From contig OZ024755.1 of NCBI GenBank assembly GCA_964016885.1, forward strand, positions 38,006,001-38,070,000: 64,000 nucleotides of DNA, given 5' to 3'. The notes under the pieces are model-generated. The model did not search any database, was not told the origin of the DNA, and saw only the letters and a program-made list of their open reading frames with translations. The stretch's first letter is position 1. Every line of letters starts with the position of its first letter. The translations under genes were made by a program, and so were the position numbers. Shown one piece after another: positions 12,366-26,295 of the stretch. This DNA comes from Eledone cirrhosa. Lineage: Eukaryota.

Positions 12366-12745
12366 ATAATTGTTTCTACTTTTGGCACAAGGCCAGCAAT
12401 TACCAGTGCATTACTGGTACTTTATTTTATCGACCCCGTAAGGATGAAAGGCAAAGTTAACCTCGGCGGGATTTGAACTCAGTCCGTAAAGGGACGTAAC
12501 TGTACTACAAAGCATGGCGTCCGACCCTCTACCGATACTACCAATCCACCACCCTTTTAAAATAATTGTTTCTACTTTTTGGCACAAGGCCAGCAATTAC
12601 CCAGAGCATTACTGGTACTTTATTTTATCGACCCTGTAAGGATGAAAGGCAAAGTTAACCTCGGCGGGATTTGAACTCAGAATGGCAAGGGCCGTAACTC
12701 TATACGTCAAAGCTAGCATCCAACCCTCTACCGATACTGCGAACA
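12366..12745 (-). mobile_element. Tandem pair of the tRNA-derived SINE. Further copies: 13703-13890(-), 20390-20550(+), 27905-28090(-), 38050-38150(+), 44320-44460(-), 47853-48045(-), 48868-49060(+), 56645-56960(+, two)
   Basis: Same core and tail as the 3028-3968 copies; boundaries approximate. Confidence 0.88.
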
Positions 12746-14069
12746 GATAAGCATGACGTTTGAAAATTAATGTGAATAGAATATCTAAATTGATGGTTGT
12801 GTGATAAACAAATATAAACAAACCCACGCTAGTGTGGAAAAATGGACGTTATACAGTGATGATGATGATGGTGATGATACATTCTTTTGTTAAATATAAA
12901 AACTGAATATAAAATCGGTAATTCCCAACTTTATGAGATAAAAGATACTGCTTATGATTTTCAAATCATTCTGAATATAAGCAAGAACTAAACTGGTGTT
13001 TGGAACATAACTTAACAAAGGTTCTTACATAAATTTTGATTAAAGGTCTTTAGATGATTATATAACTCTTTGAAATAAACAGCTCGGTATGATAGAACCA
13101 GGGGAGGTTTCAGGGTGGTTTGGTAAATAAAAGTTAAATGGTTAACCTTTGGGATAATGCAACACTTTGATGTATTGGTGTAAATATAACAACCAGCAAG
13201 CTAATCTAGTTGTATAAAATGAAACACACAGCAAAATATATTTTAAGTCATTACTGTCTATCAAGGAAGTATGCATAGGTATATTTTATCTAGTACATCT
13301 TAAGTAATATATATAGTTCAAACAGCTAAGTGAACTGAGGTATGTAGATTTAACTTTACTGTCCAAACACAATATGAAATGCTGACAGTATGAATTGAAC
13401 TAAAAATCTATGAGTTGGTAGTTGAATACCAGGGTTGTAGTATCCATAAAGCTGGTTGACAGCTAGTGGCCCCACACTGATGAGGGCCCCATCAGATTTT
13501 TTTCTTTGTTGACTTGAGATGAAAAATTGAAGTAGCAGTGGGGCCTGAAATATCTGAAAACCTAGAGACCCAGCCATGGATTAACATGGCTCTGTTTTTA
13601 CCATGTACAACTAGTCTACTTTTCTTTGTGTTGAATATTTTCATTTGTATTTGTACCACTAAAGATTGAGGTAGTTTTAACACATGTAAAATTTATATAT
13701 ACATAATTGTTTCTACTTTTGGCACAAGGCCAGCAATTACCCAGTGTATTACTGGTACTTTATTTTATCGACCCCTTAAGGATGAAAGGCAAAGTTAACC
13801 TCGGCGGGATTTGAACTCAGAATGGCAAGGGCCGTAACTCTATGCGTCAAAGCATGGCGTCCGACCCTCTACCGATACTGCCAATCCACTGGCCAATTTA
13901 TATATACATAATAGTATTACATATTATATTGGCTACTGTCTGGTTTTATACTTGAACAGATCAGTTTGTTATATCTCTTTATCTGTTTAGTATTCCACAT
14001 TATTCCATGATCACAAAACAATGGATTAATTAAGCACTGAACCTAGTCTTTTTAATTTTCGTTGTTCAA

Positions 14070-14114
<45 letters not shown>

Positions 14115-14274
14115 AGTCAGGATCCTGACGGCTGAACTCCGACCCACTCTACTACCCTAAGTATCGAGTACTCTGGTGTGTTATGGTCCATCTGGTTTCT
14201 TACCACACTTTCTTTCTTATATATATATATATATATATGTATAGATATTCAGCAGGATATGGCTGTAAACAATA

Positions 14275-14371
<97 letters not shown>

Positions 14372-14593
14372 TATCGAGAATCGGAATCTCGGCCCACGAA
14401 ATAACGAAACACAATCTTCGAAATGCATGGCAAAGGGCTCAATAGTTTGGATAAACCAGAGCTATAACTATCGTTTAAATACCAACACATAGAGACAATG
14501 CTTAAAATCATTCGCACAGACGAAAAAACGACCAGGAAAATTCGGGTCATACAAATAAAGAAATTAATAAATTAATAAATTAAATGAAGTGTA

Positions 14594-15139
14594 TCATCAT
14601 CATCATCATCATCATCATCACCGTTTTACGTCCGTTCTTCCACGCTAGCATGGGTTAGACGGGTTGTCCTGTTGTGGGCAGTGTCTGGTCGGCTGACCAT
14701 GCCTTGCTCATACAGGAACTGATCTGGCTTGATTTCTACAGCTGGATGCCCTTCCTAACACCAACCTCATTTACAGTGAGTGCTGGGTGCTTTTTCGTGG
14801 CGCCTACACGTCCACTTTACAGTGTGGGCTGGGTGCTTTTTTGCCGTGGCACCTCCACGACCACCTTGCGGTGGGGGGGGGGGGGGGCATATTGTTTATA
14901 TGCTTCAGCATGTACCCATGGGAGGTCGGGTACCCTGTATTACTGCGTGACGCCAGAAGTCACGGTCGTGTGTCATTGACTTTGAGAGGTGTAGTTGGGT
15001 AAGGTCGGCTTTTATCACCTCATCCCAAGTCATCTTGGGTCTCCCCACTCCGCTGTTTCCATCAACTTCTAGTGCTCTGCACCTTTTTATGCAGCTGTCA
15101 TCCTTCATACGCATCACATGTCCATACCAGCGTAACCGC

Positions 15140-15141
<2 letters not shown>
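14594..15141 (-). mobile_element. 3' end of an RTE LINE with 3' UTR and (ATG)n tail. Related pieces: 6708-6925(-), 44470-44610(+), 47345-47620(-), 63515-63850(+)
   Basis: Encodes ...MRMKDDSCIKRCRALEVDG..GRPKMTWDEVIKADL...DRDFWRHAV, a typical RTE C-terminus. The UTR is nearly identical to 63515-63850. Confidence 0.85.
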
Positions 15142-15175
<34 letters not shown>

Positions 15176-15328
15176 TCATTTCTTAAAGCAATGGAGGAAA
15201 GATGTGAATATCTGTAGCGGGTCTTCTATACACTCGATCAGGTACACGATGTATGTTATTGAAAACCAGCAAATTTGTTTGTTATTTATGTTTGTCTCAT
15301 CTCTGATTCTCTTCGTTGTATTCTTGAG

Positions 15329-15528
15329 GTGTTTGGAAACCTGGGATGCAGTTCCAAACTCAGACTTCTTTAAAGACAAATGCAAAGAAGGATGAGCCAC
15401 TATTTAAGGATGTGGCACCTGTATGGAACCCACAAGCAGCAACTAATAACATGATTAAAAGGGAATTCAGATCAATCAAACCCAAATTTGAGTCCCCTCC
15501 TGTTAACGTAGCACCAATTACTGCACAG
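15329..15528 (+). CDS. Coding exon of the SORBS/CAP-family gene (200 nt, phase 1-0): (G)VWKPGMQFQTQ...DVAPVWNPQ...KREFRSIKPKFESPPVNVAPITAQ
   Basis: Long AG-free pyrimidine tract ending ttcttGAG, donor CAG|GTGAGT, open frame (overlaps ORF 15346-15573), normal protein composition, and phase matches the 17628 exon. Confidence 0.8.
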
Positions 15529-16619
15529 GTGAGTCAGATATTCTTTTATTCTTTTACTAGTTTCAGTCGTTAGACTGTGGCCATGCTGGGACACCACTTT
15601 GATTTCATCAGTCATATTGACCCTCATACCTATTTTGGGGTGATGCATTGTGTCCTTGAGCAAGACACTTTATTTCACATTGCTCCAGTTGACTCAACTG
15701 GAGCAATGAGTTGTGACATCACTGGTGTCCAGCTGTATCAGCCTTTCCCTTTGACAATGTCAGTATAGTAAATATATGGTGTATATAGTGTATATATATA
15801 TATATATATATAATGTATATATATAGTGTATATATATATATAATGTATATATATAGTGTATATATATATAATGTATATATATAGTGTATATATATATAGT
15901 GTATATATATATATAATATATATATATATACAGTGTATATATATATAATGTATGTATACAGTGTATATATATATAATGTATATATATAGTGTATATATAT
16001 ATATGATGTATATATATAGTGTATATATATATATAATGTATATATATAGTGTATATATATATAATGTATATATACAGTGTATGTATATATATATAATGTA
16101 TATATACAGTGTATATATATATAATGTATATATATAGTGTATATATATATATAATGTATATATATGGTGTATATATATAATATATATATATATGTTGTGG
16201 CATCACTGGTGCCAAGCTGTATCAGTCTTTGCTTTTCCCTTGGACAACATCGGTGCCACATGCATTGACCTCACCTGGTCTTTCACAAAAACACCTTGCC
16301 CAGGCTTGTACCTTGGAGGGAAACTTTTTAAGTGCAAAGCCCATGGATATTCATGACCAAACAGGATGTTTACCATTCACAAAAAGACATAAAAAAGAGA
16401 TACTTATAGTTTCAACCTCTTTTTTATTGAACTGCTATGTTACAGGATGCTCACACACTCACACACTCACACACTCACACACACATGACATGCTCCTGCA
16501 GCTTCCATCTATGAAATTCCTCTTGCAAGACATTGGCCAACTTGCAGCTATAGTAGAAGACACTTCCCCAAGGTGCTGTCCTATGGTACTCAACCCAGAA
16601 TCACATGGTTGCAAAGCAA

Positions 16620-16870
16620 ACTCCTTAACTACACAGCTATACCTGTACTTATGACCTTAGCTACACTTCTATGACCTTAACTACACAGCTATACCTGTAC
16701 TTATGACCTTAGCTACACTTCTATGACCTTAACTACACAGCTATACCTGTACTTATGACCTTAGCTACACTCCTATGACCTTAGCTACACAGCTATGTCT
16801 GTACCTGTGACCTTAACTACACAGCTATGTCTGTACCTGTGACCTTAACTACACAGCTATGTCTGTACCT
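16620..16870. repeat. Short tandem array (about 32 and 24 bp units, CCTTAACTACACAGCTAT...) at the end of a SINE copy
   Basis: Direct periodicity, continuous with a SINE-like segment at about 16480-16640 (relatives at 19190-19510 and 25300-25460). Confidence 0.8.
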
Positions 16871-17096
16871 AGGGTCATTTTTACTCATAAACTCTACTTT
16901 TTTAACTAATAATTGTCCCCCAATATCCTTTTGAAACCCCATCCTTAATTAGAATGTTTGGTCTAACCCATGTCAGCATAGAAAAATGTTGATGTAGAGG
17001 AGGCTGTACCACAATTAACAAGCAGTTGTTACCTGGATAAAATACAGAATATTGTTTTTTTATATTATATTTAGCATTAGGAATGGCATCCAGCTG

Positions 17097-17460
17097 TCAT
17101 CCAGTGGCCTCAGCCGAAATAGACTCAACAATTGATCTCCACGTGGGTCAGTTGTTCATTGCCGTTGCCAAGTCCTGGATTTCAATACCAGAATCTCTGG
17201 AGATGTCATCGGGATAGGAGAGCTTGTGCCCCCTGTTATTAGTGACTACTTGTGGTTTCTAGAGCACTAATGGGGACACAGCCTCATAGGTGGCACTATG
17301 GCAGTGGCCAGCAAATCTTAATCTCCTTTTACGTTCAACGACAGATATGCATGGGGGACGCATATATTTCTTTCAAAGTCAGATATCGCCAGCTTATGTT
17401 CTGAATGCGTTGAAGTAGGCGAGTGTAGGTGCCATCAAGGTGCTTTTGTTGTTTGGATGA
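17097..17460 (-). pseudogene. Decayed RTE-like LINE C-terminal fragment
   Basis: Minus-strand translation gives ISVVERKRRLRFAGHCHSA..EAVSPLVL*KP...RG.KLSYPD.ISRD...DLATAM...WRSIV, with stops. Confidence 0.7.
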
Positions 17461-17627
17461 AAGCAGCCAGCTGTAAACCCATGCCAAAATATGAAACTTG
17501 TAAACAAGATACGGTTATCTGACCATGTCTTGTCTTGTACCATGACTATCCATCCAACCCATGCCAGCATGGAAAACAGATATAAAATGTTGATGATGAT
17601 GAAGATAATAATTTTGTTTAATTTCAG

Positions 17628-17931
17628 AATCCAGTGTCCTCATTGACCCCAGCAGAAACATTTGCCTGGAAACCTGAAGAAAAGACTGTCAGTCCACAGA
17701 CGCTTCCTACCAGTGCTTTTACTTATACACCACTTGCAACTGCTGAAAAAGAATTTGCATTTGCTGACGACATAACTGCTTCTACAAATCTCCATCCTGC
17801 CACTCGTAAAGATCTCTATTGTCCACCCCCTGAGGGGCTCAAAACTATGATTATCAACAAATCTGCAGAAAAATTTCACAGGCTCCCTCCGACACAAAGT
17901 CCTGATATTATTCTCTTACAGAAACGAAGAG
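17628..17931 (+). CDS. Coding exon of the SORBS/CAP-family gene (304 nt, phase 0-1): NPVSSLTPAETFAWKPEE...RLPPTQSPDIILLQKRR
   Basis: Acceptor ttttgtttaatttcAG, donor AGAG|GTAATG, open frame (ORF 17634-17975), Pro/Ser/Thr-rich linker-like sequence. Confidence 0.85.
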
Positions 17932-18438
17932 GTAATGTATACACACACACACATGTTCATCATGTTACTAATTAACTCTTAACATCCTGTACCACAGTAT
18001 TCTTGTAAAGTAGAATACAGCAGTATGATTAAAATGTTTACTCTAATTCTGCAAATGAATGATGTATCCATTTGCAAAATATTATAAACATTTGAATTAT
18101 TTAGATATTTTCTGCTAAATCATTACAGGATATTAAGACTTAAAACAATTTTAATCACTGTTCTAAACTTGAAAATTACAGTCAAGAAAAGAAATGTTTT
18201 CTTAATTTTCCAATTTGTTTTTTTCCAGAGATTTCCATATTTCTTATTATGCATGATTAATATGGGATATATATATTAGAAAATGAGGTTTTTTTTTTCC
18301 AAAATGAAAAAAAAAACGAGATGTCCTACACGAGTGAAAGTATAAGGAAAAGAGATGAAATCAAAAATGCAACTGGAGTCTTTTTAAGAATATTTATTTT
18401 AAAAAGACTCCACTTGCATTTTCGATTTCATCTATTTT

Positions 18439-18513
<75 letters not shown>

Positions 18514-20791
18514 AGTGTGGAAAAATGGATGTTAAACACGGTGATGATATATATATATATATATATATATATTCCTTGTTTCTGAACAACTGTTGTCAGG
18601 AAATCTAATTAGTTAATATCTTGCTTGTCCCCTATTTTCTGGCATGGTTCCCTTTTACCCATTTATTTAGAACTTTCTAGATGTTTTCCACAATAAAATT
18701 AGACTCGAATATTTATACCATTAAAAAATATAGATTAAATTGCTCCTTTTTAATTGCATTTATATAAATATTAATTCACGTACCTTTAATAATTACATAT
18801 GTTTAGATCAAATTTAAAAAACTGCATTGAACTCAAGCAAAGGATAAAAATCATGATTAACATTTTATTTTTTAAATATAAATATTTATTTTTTTAATTT
18901 AAAAGATTTTATCATATTTATATATTATAAAAAAAACAAACAATATCTGATTTTTCTCTTACTCATTTAATTTAAAAGCCTAAATTTACTAAATTTTTCC
19001 TACTTAATTATATCTAGTTTCCTAATCTAAATCATTGTCTATTTGTTATATTTCTAATAATATACATTAATAGCAATAAATTTAACTTTACTCCCAGTTT
19101 ATTTCACTCTTCATTGCTAACATCTATAGGTCTATTATTTGATTAATTACTTAACATATAATTAGCTTTGTTTTACCTTCATTTTTTTACTGGTTTCAGT
19201 TTTTAGACTGTGGCCATGCTGGAGCACTTGCCTTAGTCAATCACATCAACCCTGATGTACATATTTTATAAATCTCTTTATTTTATCAAACTGCTAAGTT
19301 ACAGGACACAAACAAACAGTAAATGTAAACACGAACACACACACACACACATACATTATATACACGATGGGCTTCTACACACTTTCTATCTACCAAATAT
19401 CTCTTGCAAGGCATTGGTCAACTGAAGGCTATAGTAGAAGACACTTGCCCAAGGTGATCAGAATCTGAAACCACACAGTTGCAAAATTCTTAACTACACA
19501 GTTACCATGTTTGTACTTATGTTAAATATACCTATCCTATTTAAACCTTTGTGTCTAAAATATGTATCATCCATTTTAAAGACCATAAGAAAATGTGTTG
19601 AGGGAGACTCAAATGCTATGTTAAGCAGGTGACACAGCCATGTTGGCACGATATATTTGTTGGTACTCACATGATTCTGAAAGTTTGGATATTTTCAAAA
19701 GAAATGTTTACACAGCTGAATGCCTTACATACTGTTAAAATCTTTCTCAAGCCTAGATACCCACCATGCTAGAGATTATCCTAGTTGTATGGTTAACCTC
19801 CAGCTGATGCTAGTAATCAAATTTGGCTGAATATTTGGACCAGGTTTTCCATTTGAGGATATTCTTCCTTAGAAAGCAAATTTAAAAAAAATTAAGTTTT
19901 ATTGCTTTTGGATTCAAATTGTTTATCACATCTGTTAACACATCTGTTAGCACATCTGTAACATAGAATATAAAGAGATAATACAAAGTTGAGGTCAATT
20001 TCTCAAATAATCTTTACTTGTCTGTGACCTATTGATACCAAACTACCTGAAATCACTTCTGGCCTATAATACAAGATCGTTTACTTTAAAATGTTTATAT
20101 TCATCTAAAAACATTCCATCATAATTTTATGTAAGAACCTTTGTTAAGTTATGTACCAAAAACCAACTTAATAATGAGAAAATTCGTTATTTTATTAAAT
20201 TATTCCAATAATTCTTGATTAATTTCAAAATGATTTGAAAATCATAGGCAGTGTATTTCATTATATATTTATTCCTCAATGCCTTATAACAAAAATTCCT
20301 AACATATGAATTAAGTATTATATTAAGAAATAAAAGTTGAGTTGATAAGGTGGGAGAAGAAGCATACTCTGTCGTTCTGTAAAGTAAGTCAGAAGCGGCA
20401 AATTGTCAGTCATTAGAATGTCAGATAGAATACTTAGCTGTATTTGTTCTTGCTCTGTTGCTCCCTGAGTTCAAATCCCACCGAGGTTAACTTTGCCTTT
20501 CATCCTTTCGAGGTTGATAAAAAAAGTACCAGTAATGTACTGGGGGGTCAATTCTTCCTCTATATCTCTTTCTCACTTCCTCTCCATCTTTGAAAGAAAT
20601 CTGCTATGTTCAGACGTGGAGAGGGATGGACTCCACCAGGCTTAAAATGCCCAATAAACACTTTATGTCGCTATGGCACCCTTACAACTCCATCAGTAGT
20701 TATGGGATAAAGAAAAAAAAGAAGAAAATAAACTAAGTCAGAATTATAACTTTGACAGTTTTTGGCCTCTTCTGGCCCAGGCTCTTTTTAA

Positions 20792-21012
20792 CCCTTTACC
20801 ATTTACATTACTCCATATTTACTATTATATTTTCACGGTAAAAGCTTTACCTCACATAATTATCTCCCATAATATCGAATCTAGGAGATGTTGATGTTAT
20901 TTATTTTGAGTACAATACCTTAACATCAGTATGAGCAACCAAGTATAGCCAGTTTGAAGAGAAAGAGGTGAGAGAATTCTGGCCAGATATGGCTGGTTTA
21001 AATGCTAAAGGG
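20792..21012 (+). mobile_element. Intact piggyBac-type MITE family A (221 bp); a partial copy follows the gap at 62807-62910
   Basis: TTAA at 20788-20791 and 21013-21016; TIRs CCCTTTACCATTTA / TAAATGCTAAAGGG. Confidence 0.85.
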
Positions 21013-22210
21013 TTAAAAATATATTTCAACATATATTTATAGCCATACTTAATTATGTTGTGTGGATCAGACATTCCTTCTATATAGGGGAGATACATAT
21101 TTTGTTATTCTACCATTAAAATATATTTTCCCAGCATTAATACTTCTTTAAAGAAAAAGTACACATAATTTTGTGAGAATGGGTTTGTGTGTGTGTACAT
21201 GTGTGTATGCGTGCACTTAGCAAGGTTCATTAAAAAATAGTGGCAGTTTGATCCCGTATACATACATGTACATGTATACACCCCACCACTTTATTTTATA
21301 GTTAACCTGCATGGTGGCAGCATTCCAAAAAGTAAACATACTTTCAACATTTCAAATTTACCCGATGCATCATAAATGATTGTTTGTTTACATTGGTTGG
21401 CCAACAGATGAGGCTTCTAAATATGAGAGAGAGAGAGAGGGAGAGAGAGAGGGAGAGAGAGAGTGGTATAAAGCACCATGTTATAATGTTGATGCAGCCA
21501 TCCACCATATGGCAGTGTTTAATTCCTGTAGGTGGCTGTGTCTATTTTTTCATCTACAACTTATTTTATAGTTAGTCTGTGTAGTGGCAACTTCACAAAA
21601 AGCAAATATACCTTCAAATATGTATATATAAATCATCATAAATATATATATATTATTTATTTATATTCATACACGGAACGAAAGCGCTACCTAAGGTTCC
21701 AAGGTCCAATTATGGAAAATTATTTGATGATATGGTCATGGCTAGAGTGTCTTTGATAATAAGTATGGTTTGAAACTAAACAACAACACTATTTGGTGAA
21801 CTGAATGAGTATGGCTCACTCTGAGCTTCTTCTTTGCCCACTTATTCTATGGTGGGTCGTGGGAGGCAATCTTCAAGCACTTCTTCCAGTGTGTCCTCTC
21901 AGAAGCAACCATCTCCAATTAATTGAGCTAGATCTCCAGACCAGCTAAGCTCTCTGAGCACTCTAAATTGTACACAGTAAGGAGTATCCATGGAGGAATC
22001 CTACTGCGACAATGAAATGACATGAAATATTAATCCTTTAAGTATCAAAGCAACTGAAATTGTCCTTGCTTCTATGGTACTAAATGTTTATATAACAAAA
22101 GGGTGTGTAAGAACATTTAAGTGATATTCCAAGCTCCAACCTAATAATAAATTTAGTTATTTTACTAAATCCCTATAAATTTTTGTTTATTTTCAAAATT
22201 ATTTTAAAAT

Positions 22211-23934
22211 CATAGACAGTGTCTTTCATTAGAAATATGGTAATGAAAGGGTTAATGATATAGACAGTGTCTTTCATTAGAAATATGGTAATGAAAGGGT
22301 TAATGATATAGACAGTGTCTTTCATTAGAAATATGGTAATGAAAGGGTTAATGACATAGACAGTGTCTTTCATTAGAAATATGGTAATGAAAGGGTTAAT
22401 GACATAGACAGTGTCTTTCATTAGAAATATGGTAATGAAAGGGTTAATGATATAGACAGTGTCTTTCATTAGAAATATGGTAATGAAAGGGTTAATGATA
22501 TAGACAGTGTCTTTCATTAGAAATATGGTAATGAAAGGGTTAATGACATAGACAGTGTCTTTCATTAGAAATATGGTAATGAAAGGGTTAATGACATAGA
22601 CAGTGTCTTTCATTAGAAATATGGTAATGAAAGGGTTAATGATATAGACAGTGTCTTTCATTAGAAATATGGTAATGAAAGGGTTAATGACATAGACAGT
22701 GTCTTTCATTCGAAATATGGTAATGAAAGGGTTAATGACATAGACAGTGTCTTTCATTAGAAATATGGTAATGAAAGGGTTAATGATATAGACAGTGTCT
22801 TTCATTAGAAATATGGTAATGAAAGGGTTAATGACATAGACAGTGTCTTTCATTAGAAATATGGTAATGAAAGGGTTAATGACATAGACAGTGTCTTTCA
22901 TTAGAAATATGGTAATGAAAGGGTTAATGATATAGACAGTGTCTTTCATTAGAAATATGGTAATGAAAGGGTTAATGATATAGACAGTGTCTTTCATTAG
23001 AAATATGGTAATGAAAGGGTTAATGACATAGACAGTGTCTTTCATTAGAAATATGGTAATGAAAGGGTTAATGACATAGACAGTGTCTTTCATTAGAAAT
23101 ATGGTAATGAAAGGGTTAATGATATAGACAGTGTCTTTCATTAGAAATATGGTAATGAAAGGGTTAATGACATAGACAGTGTCTTTCATTAGAAATATGG
23201 TAATGAAAGGGTTAATGATATAGACAGTGTCTTTCATTAGAAATATGGTAATGAAAGGGTTAATGACATAGACAGTGTCTTTCATTAGAAATATGGTAGT
23301 GAAAGGGTTAATGATATAGACAGTGTCTTTCATTAGAAATATGGTAATGAAAGGGTTAATGACATAGACAGTGTCTTTCATTAGAAATATGGTAGTGAAA
23401 GGGTTAATGACATAGACAGTGTCTTTCATTAGAAATATGGTAGTGAAAGGGTTAATGATATAGACAGTGTCTTTCATTAGAAATATGGTAATGAAAGGGT
23501 TAATGACATAGACAGTGTCTTTCATTAGAAATATGGTAGTGAAAGGGTTAATGACATAGACAGTGTCTTTCATTAGAAATATGGTAATGAAAGGGTTAAT
23601 GATATAGACAGTGTCTTTCATTAGAAATATGGTAGTGAAAGGGTTAATGATATAGACAGTGTCTTTCATTAGAAATATGGTAGTGAAAGGGTTAATGACA
23701 TAGACAGTGTCTTTCATTAGAAATATGGTAGTGAAAGGGTTAAAGACATAGACAGTGTCTTTCATTAGAAATATGGTAGTGAAAGTGTTAAAGACATAGA
23801 CAGTGTCTTTCATTAGAAATACGTTAATGAAAGGGTTAATGACATAGACAGTGTCTTTCATTAGAAATATGGTCATGAAAGGGTTAATGACATAGGCAGT
23901 GTCTTTCATTAGAAATATGGTAGTGAAAGAGTTA
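22211..23934. repeat. 48-bp minisatellite, about 36 copies, derived from the right end of a piggyBac-type MITE (family B)
   Basis: Unit ATAGACAGTGTCTTTCATTAGAAATATGGTAATGAAAGGGTTAATGAY. Single-copy versions end dispersed repeats at about 29645-29685 and 57075-57116. Confidence 0.97.
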
Positions 23935-24000
23935 AAATTGTTTAACATAAATGAAATTTTCCAGAATTTGGTTTAATTGCTTAAGCCCTAAATTACTAAA

Positions 24001-24420
24001 ATGCTTTCAAAACTCGCTGTCTTCAATTTGGTATTCCCGCCAACCCTTACCTATGGTCATGAATCTTGTGTATTGACTGAAAGACTACTATCACAAATAC
24101 AAGCAGCTGAAATGGGGTTCCTCCAAGGGTTCTTTGGAGTAACATTACTCGATAGAGTGTTTAGCTCGGAGATCAGAGAGTCACTCCAGATAGAGCTGCT
24201 ACCTTCTCCGAATTGAGAGATCACAGCTCCAATACTATGAACATGTGGTTAGAATGTCTCAGGAAAAAATTGGTGGACAGATTTTACAGGCAAAACAGGA
24301 GATCTGAGGGTAGACCCTGAGCAAGGAGGTTAGATAACATCAATGAGCTTCGCTGGTCATGCTTGGGCATCCAGCTGGATCAGTTGGAGGTGGTTGCTTC
24401 TGACAGGACCCGCTGGGAAG
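24001..24420 (+). pseudogene. Decayed RTE LINE fragment
   Basis: KLAVFNLVFPPTLTYGHESCVLT...IQAAEMGFL...VTLLDRV.SSEIRESL, then frameshifted IERSQL..Y.HVVRM. Confidence 0.8.
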
Positions 24421-25212
24421 AGTGTAGAAAATTTCAAAATTCCTTTTCTTCTTTTTTTTTTAATATTCTCCTTATATTCTTTTAATTTTTTCTTCTTTTG
24501 TTTGTTTTTCCTTCTACTATTTTTCTATTGTTTTCTGCTAGTCTTCAACTCTTGTTTACCATCTTTGATAACTGTTCTACTTGTTTGAACAATGGAACAG
24601 CACCGCATGCTTGGCAAATTAACATGCAAGTAGCTGAACTTTTTGCAGACATTTGCACCCTTAACATAGTTCTTGGGGAGATTCAGCATGACACATTGTG
24701 ACAAAGCTGGTCCTTCAAATTATAGGTACAACTCCTTTGTCTAGTTGAGTGAACTAGAACAGCATGAAACAACATAAAGTGTCTTGCTCAAGGATACAAT
24801 GTGCTGCCAGTAATCAAACTCATGACCTTCTGATTCTAAGTCAAACAACCTTCACATGTAAACATGTCTTATTTACATATTCCTCCCTAGAAAATGATGA
24901 ACAGCTTGACTCAAGTTTCAGTCCTTGTTGGGATCACCATCAGATGCTTTTTACATCTTTCACTCTCTTCAGTGAAGTATGTTAAAGTTTTATAAACCCA
25001 TCAAATGTGCCAGTAACAATGAATTGGAATGTGTATGTAAACTTACACATTATTTCTTTCTTCAGTCATCACTGCCTTGATTTTAGTTGATCATATCAGC
25101 ACCAGTACTTACTTTTTTAAGTATGGTACTTATTTTATCAAGCGCCATTTTTGTCAAGCTGCTAAATTAAGCAACATAAACACCAACACAGTTGTAAATA
25201 TCGACACAGACA

Positions 25213-25292
<80 letters not shown>

Positions 25293-25574
25293 CATGAATG
25301 TATATACATGACATGCTTCTGTAGTTTCTGTCTACCAACTTCCACTCACAAAGCATTGGTCAATTTGAGGCTATAGTAGAGGACACCGAAGGTGACATGT
25401 TGCAAGACAGTATCCAGAACCTCTTGGTTGTTAAGTGAACTCTTTCACATCACAGCCCTGCACCGTTACATATGTGAACATCTCTTCATCTTATATATTC
25501 CTTACCTTTTTCTTCTTCTATTCTTTCCTAATTCACCTCTTCCGACTCTGTGTGATATTAATTATTAAGCTACG

Positions 25575-25870
25575 TGGAGGTGCATGGCGTAGTGGTTAGG
25601 ATGTTCAGTTCACAATTGTAAAGTCATGAGAGTGATTCCTGGCAGCTTGTTATGTCCTTCAGCAAGACACTTTATTTCACATTGTTCCAGTCCAAAAGTA
25701 GATTGTACATGGGCCAGTCTTGTCACATACTGTATCACGCTGGATCTCCCTAAGAACTACATTAAGGGGTCACATCTGTGGAATGCTCAGTTACTTGCAC
25801 GCAAATTTCATGAGCAGGCTGGCCCCTTCAGTGAACAGCAGGGACCCAGTTCATTGGAACCAACAACTAG
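25575..25870 (+). mobile_element. Second tRNA-derived SINE family. Other copies: about 6960-7090(-), 15640-15765(+), 24590-24850(-), 41960-42080(-), 58850-58970(+)
   Basis: tRNA-like head tggcgtagtggttag followed by the shared core tgtccttgagcaagacactttatttcacattg. Confidence 0.75.
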
Positions 25871-25979
25871 TACACTATATAACTTTTGCTAACCTCTTCT
25901 TAACTGTTTAAGAATGATATATATATATATATATAATACAATATAAATGACAATCAAAGAGTGTTTAAAACATTTAATC

Positions 25980-26024
25980 ACTTACGATTGTTTCATCCTA
26001 GCACAAGGCTGGAATCATCAGAGT
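25980..26024 (-). ncRNA. Minimal hammerhead-like motif between inverted arms 25935-25975 and 26062-26107
   Basis: Minus strand reads act-CTGATGA-ttccagccttgtgctaggat-GAAAC-aatc-GTA-agt. Stem I act/agt; stem II tcc.agc/gct.gga. Confidence 0.55.
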
Positions 26025-26186
26025 AGATAACAAAGGTCAAACACAAATATAATATCAAAACAAATGTTTTAAACACTCTTTGATTGTTATTTACATTTAC
26101 ATTGTATTTCGGCTCTGTAGTATACTTGTTATTTTATATTGATCTATATTCATACTTGTAACTGGGTCACATTTATTATTACCCAC

Positions 26187-26223
<37 letters not shown>

Positions 26224-26295
26224 CTGCAATTATATATATATATAAACAATAATTGTAAGACAATATGTTAAAATTAAGTTTGTTTATTCATATTC

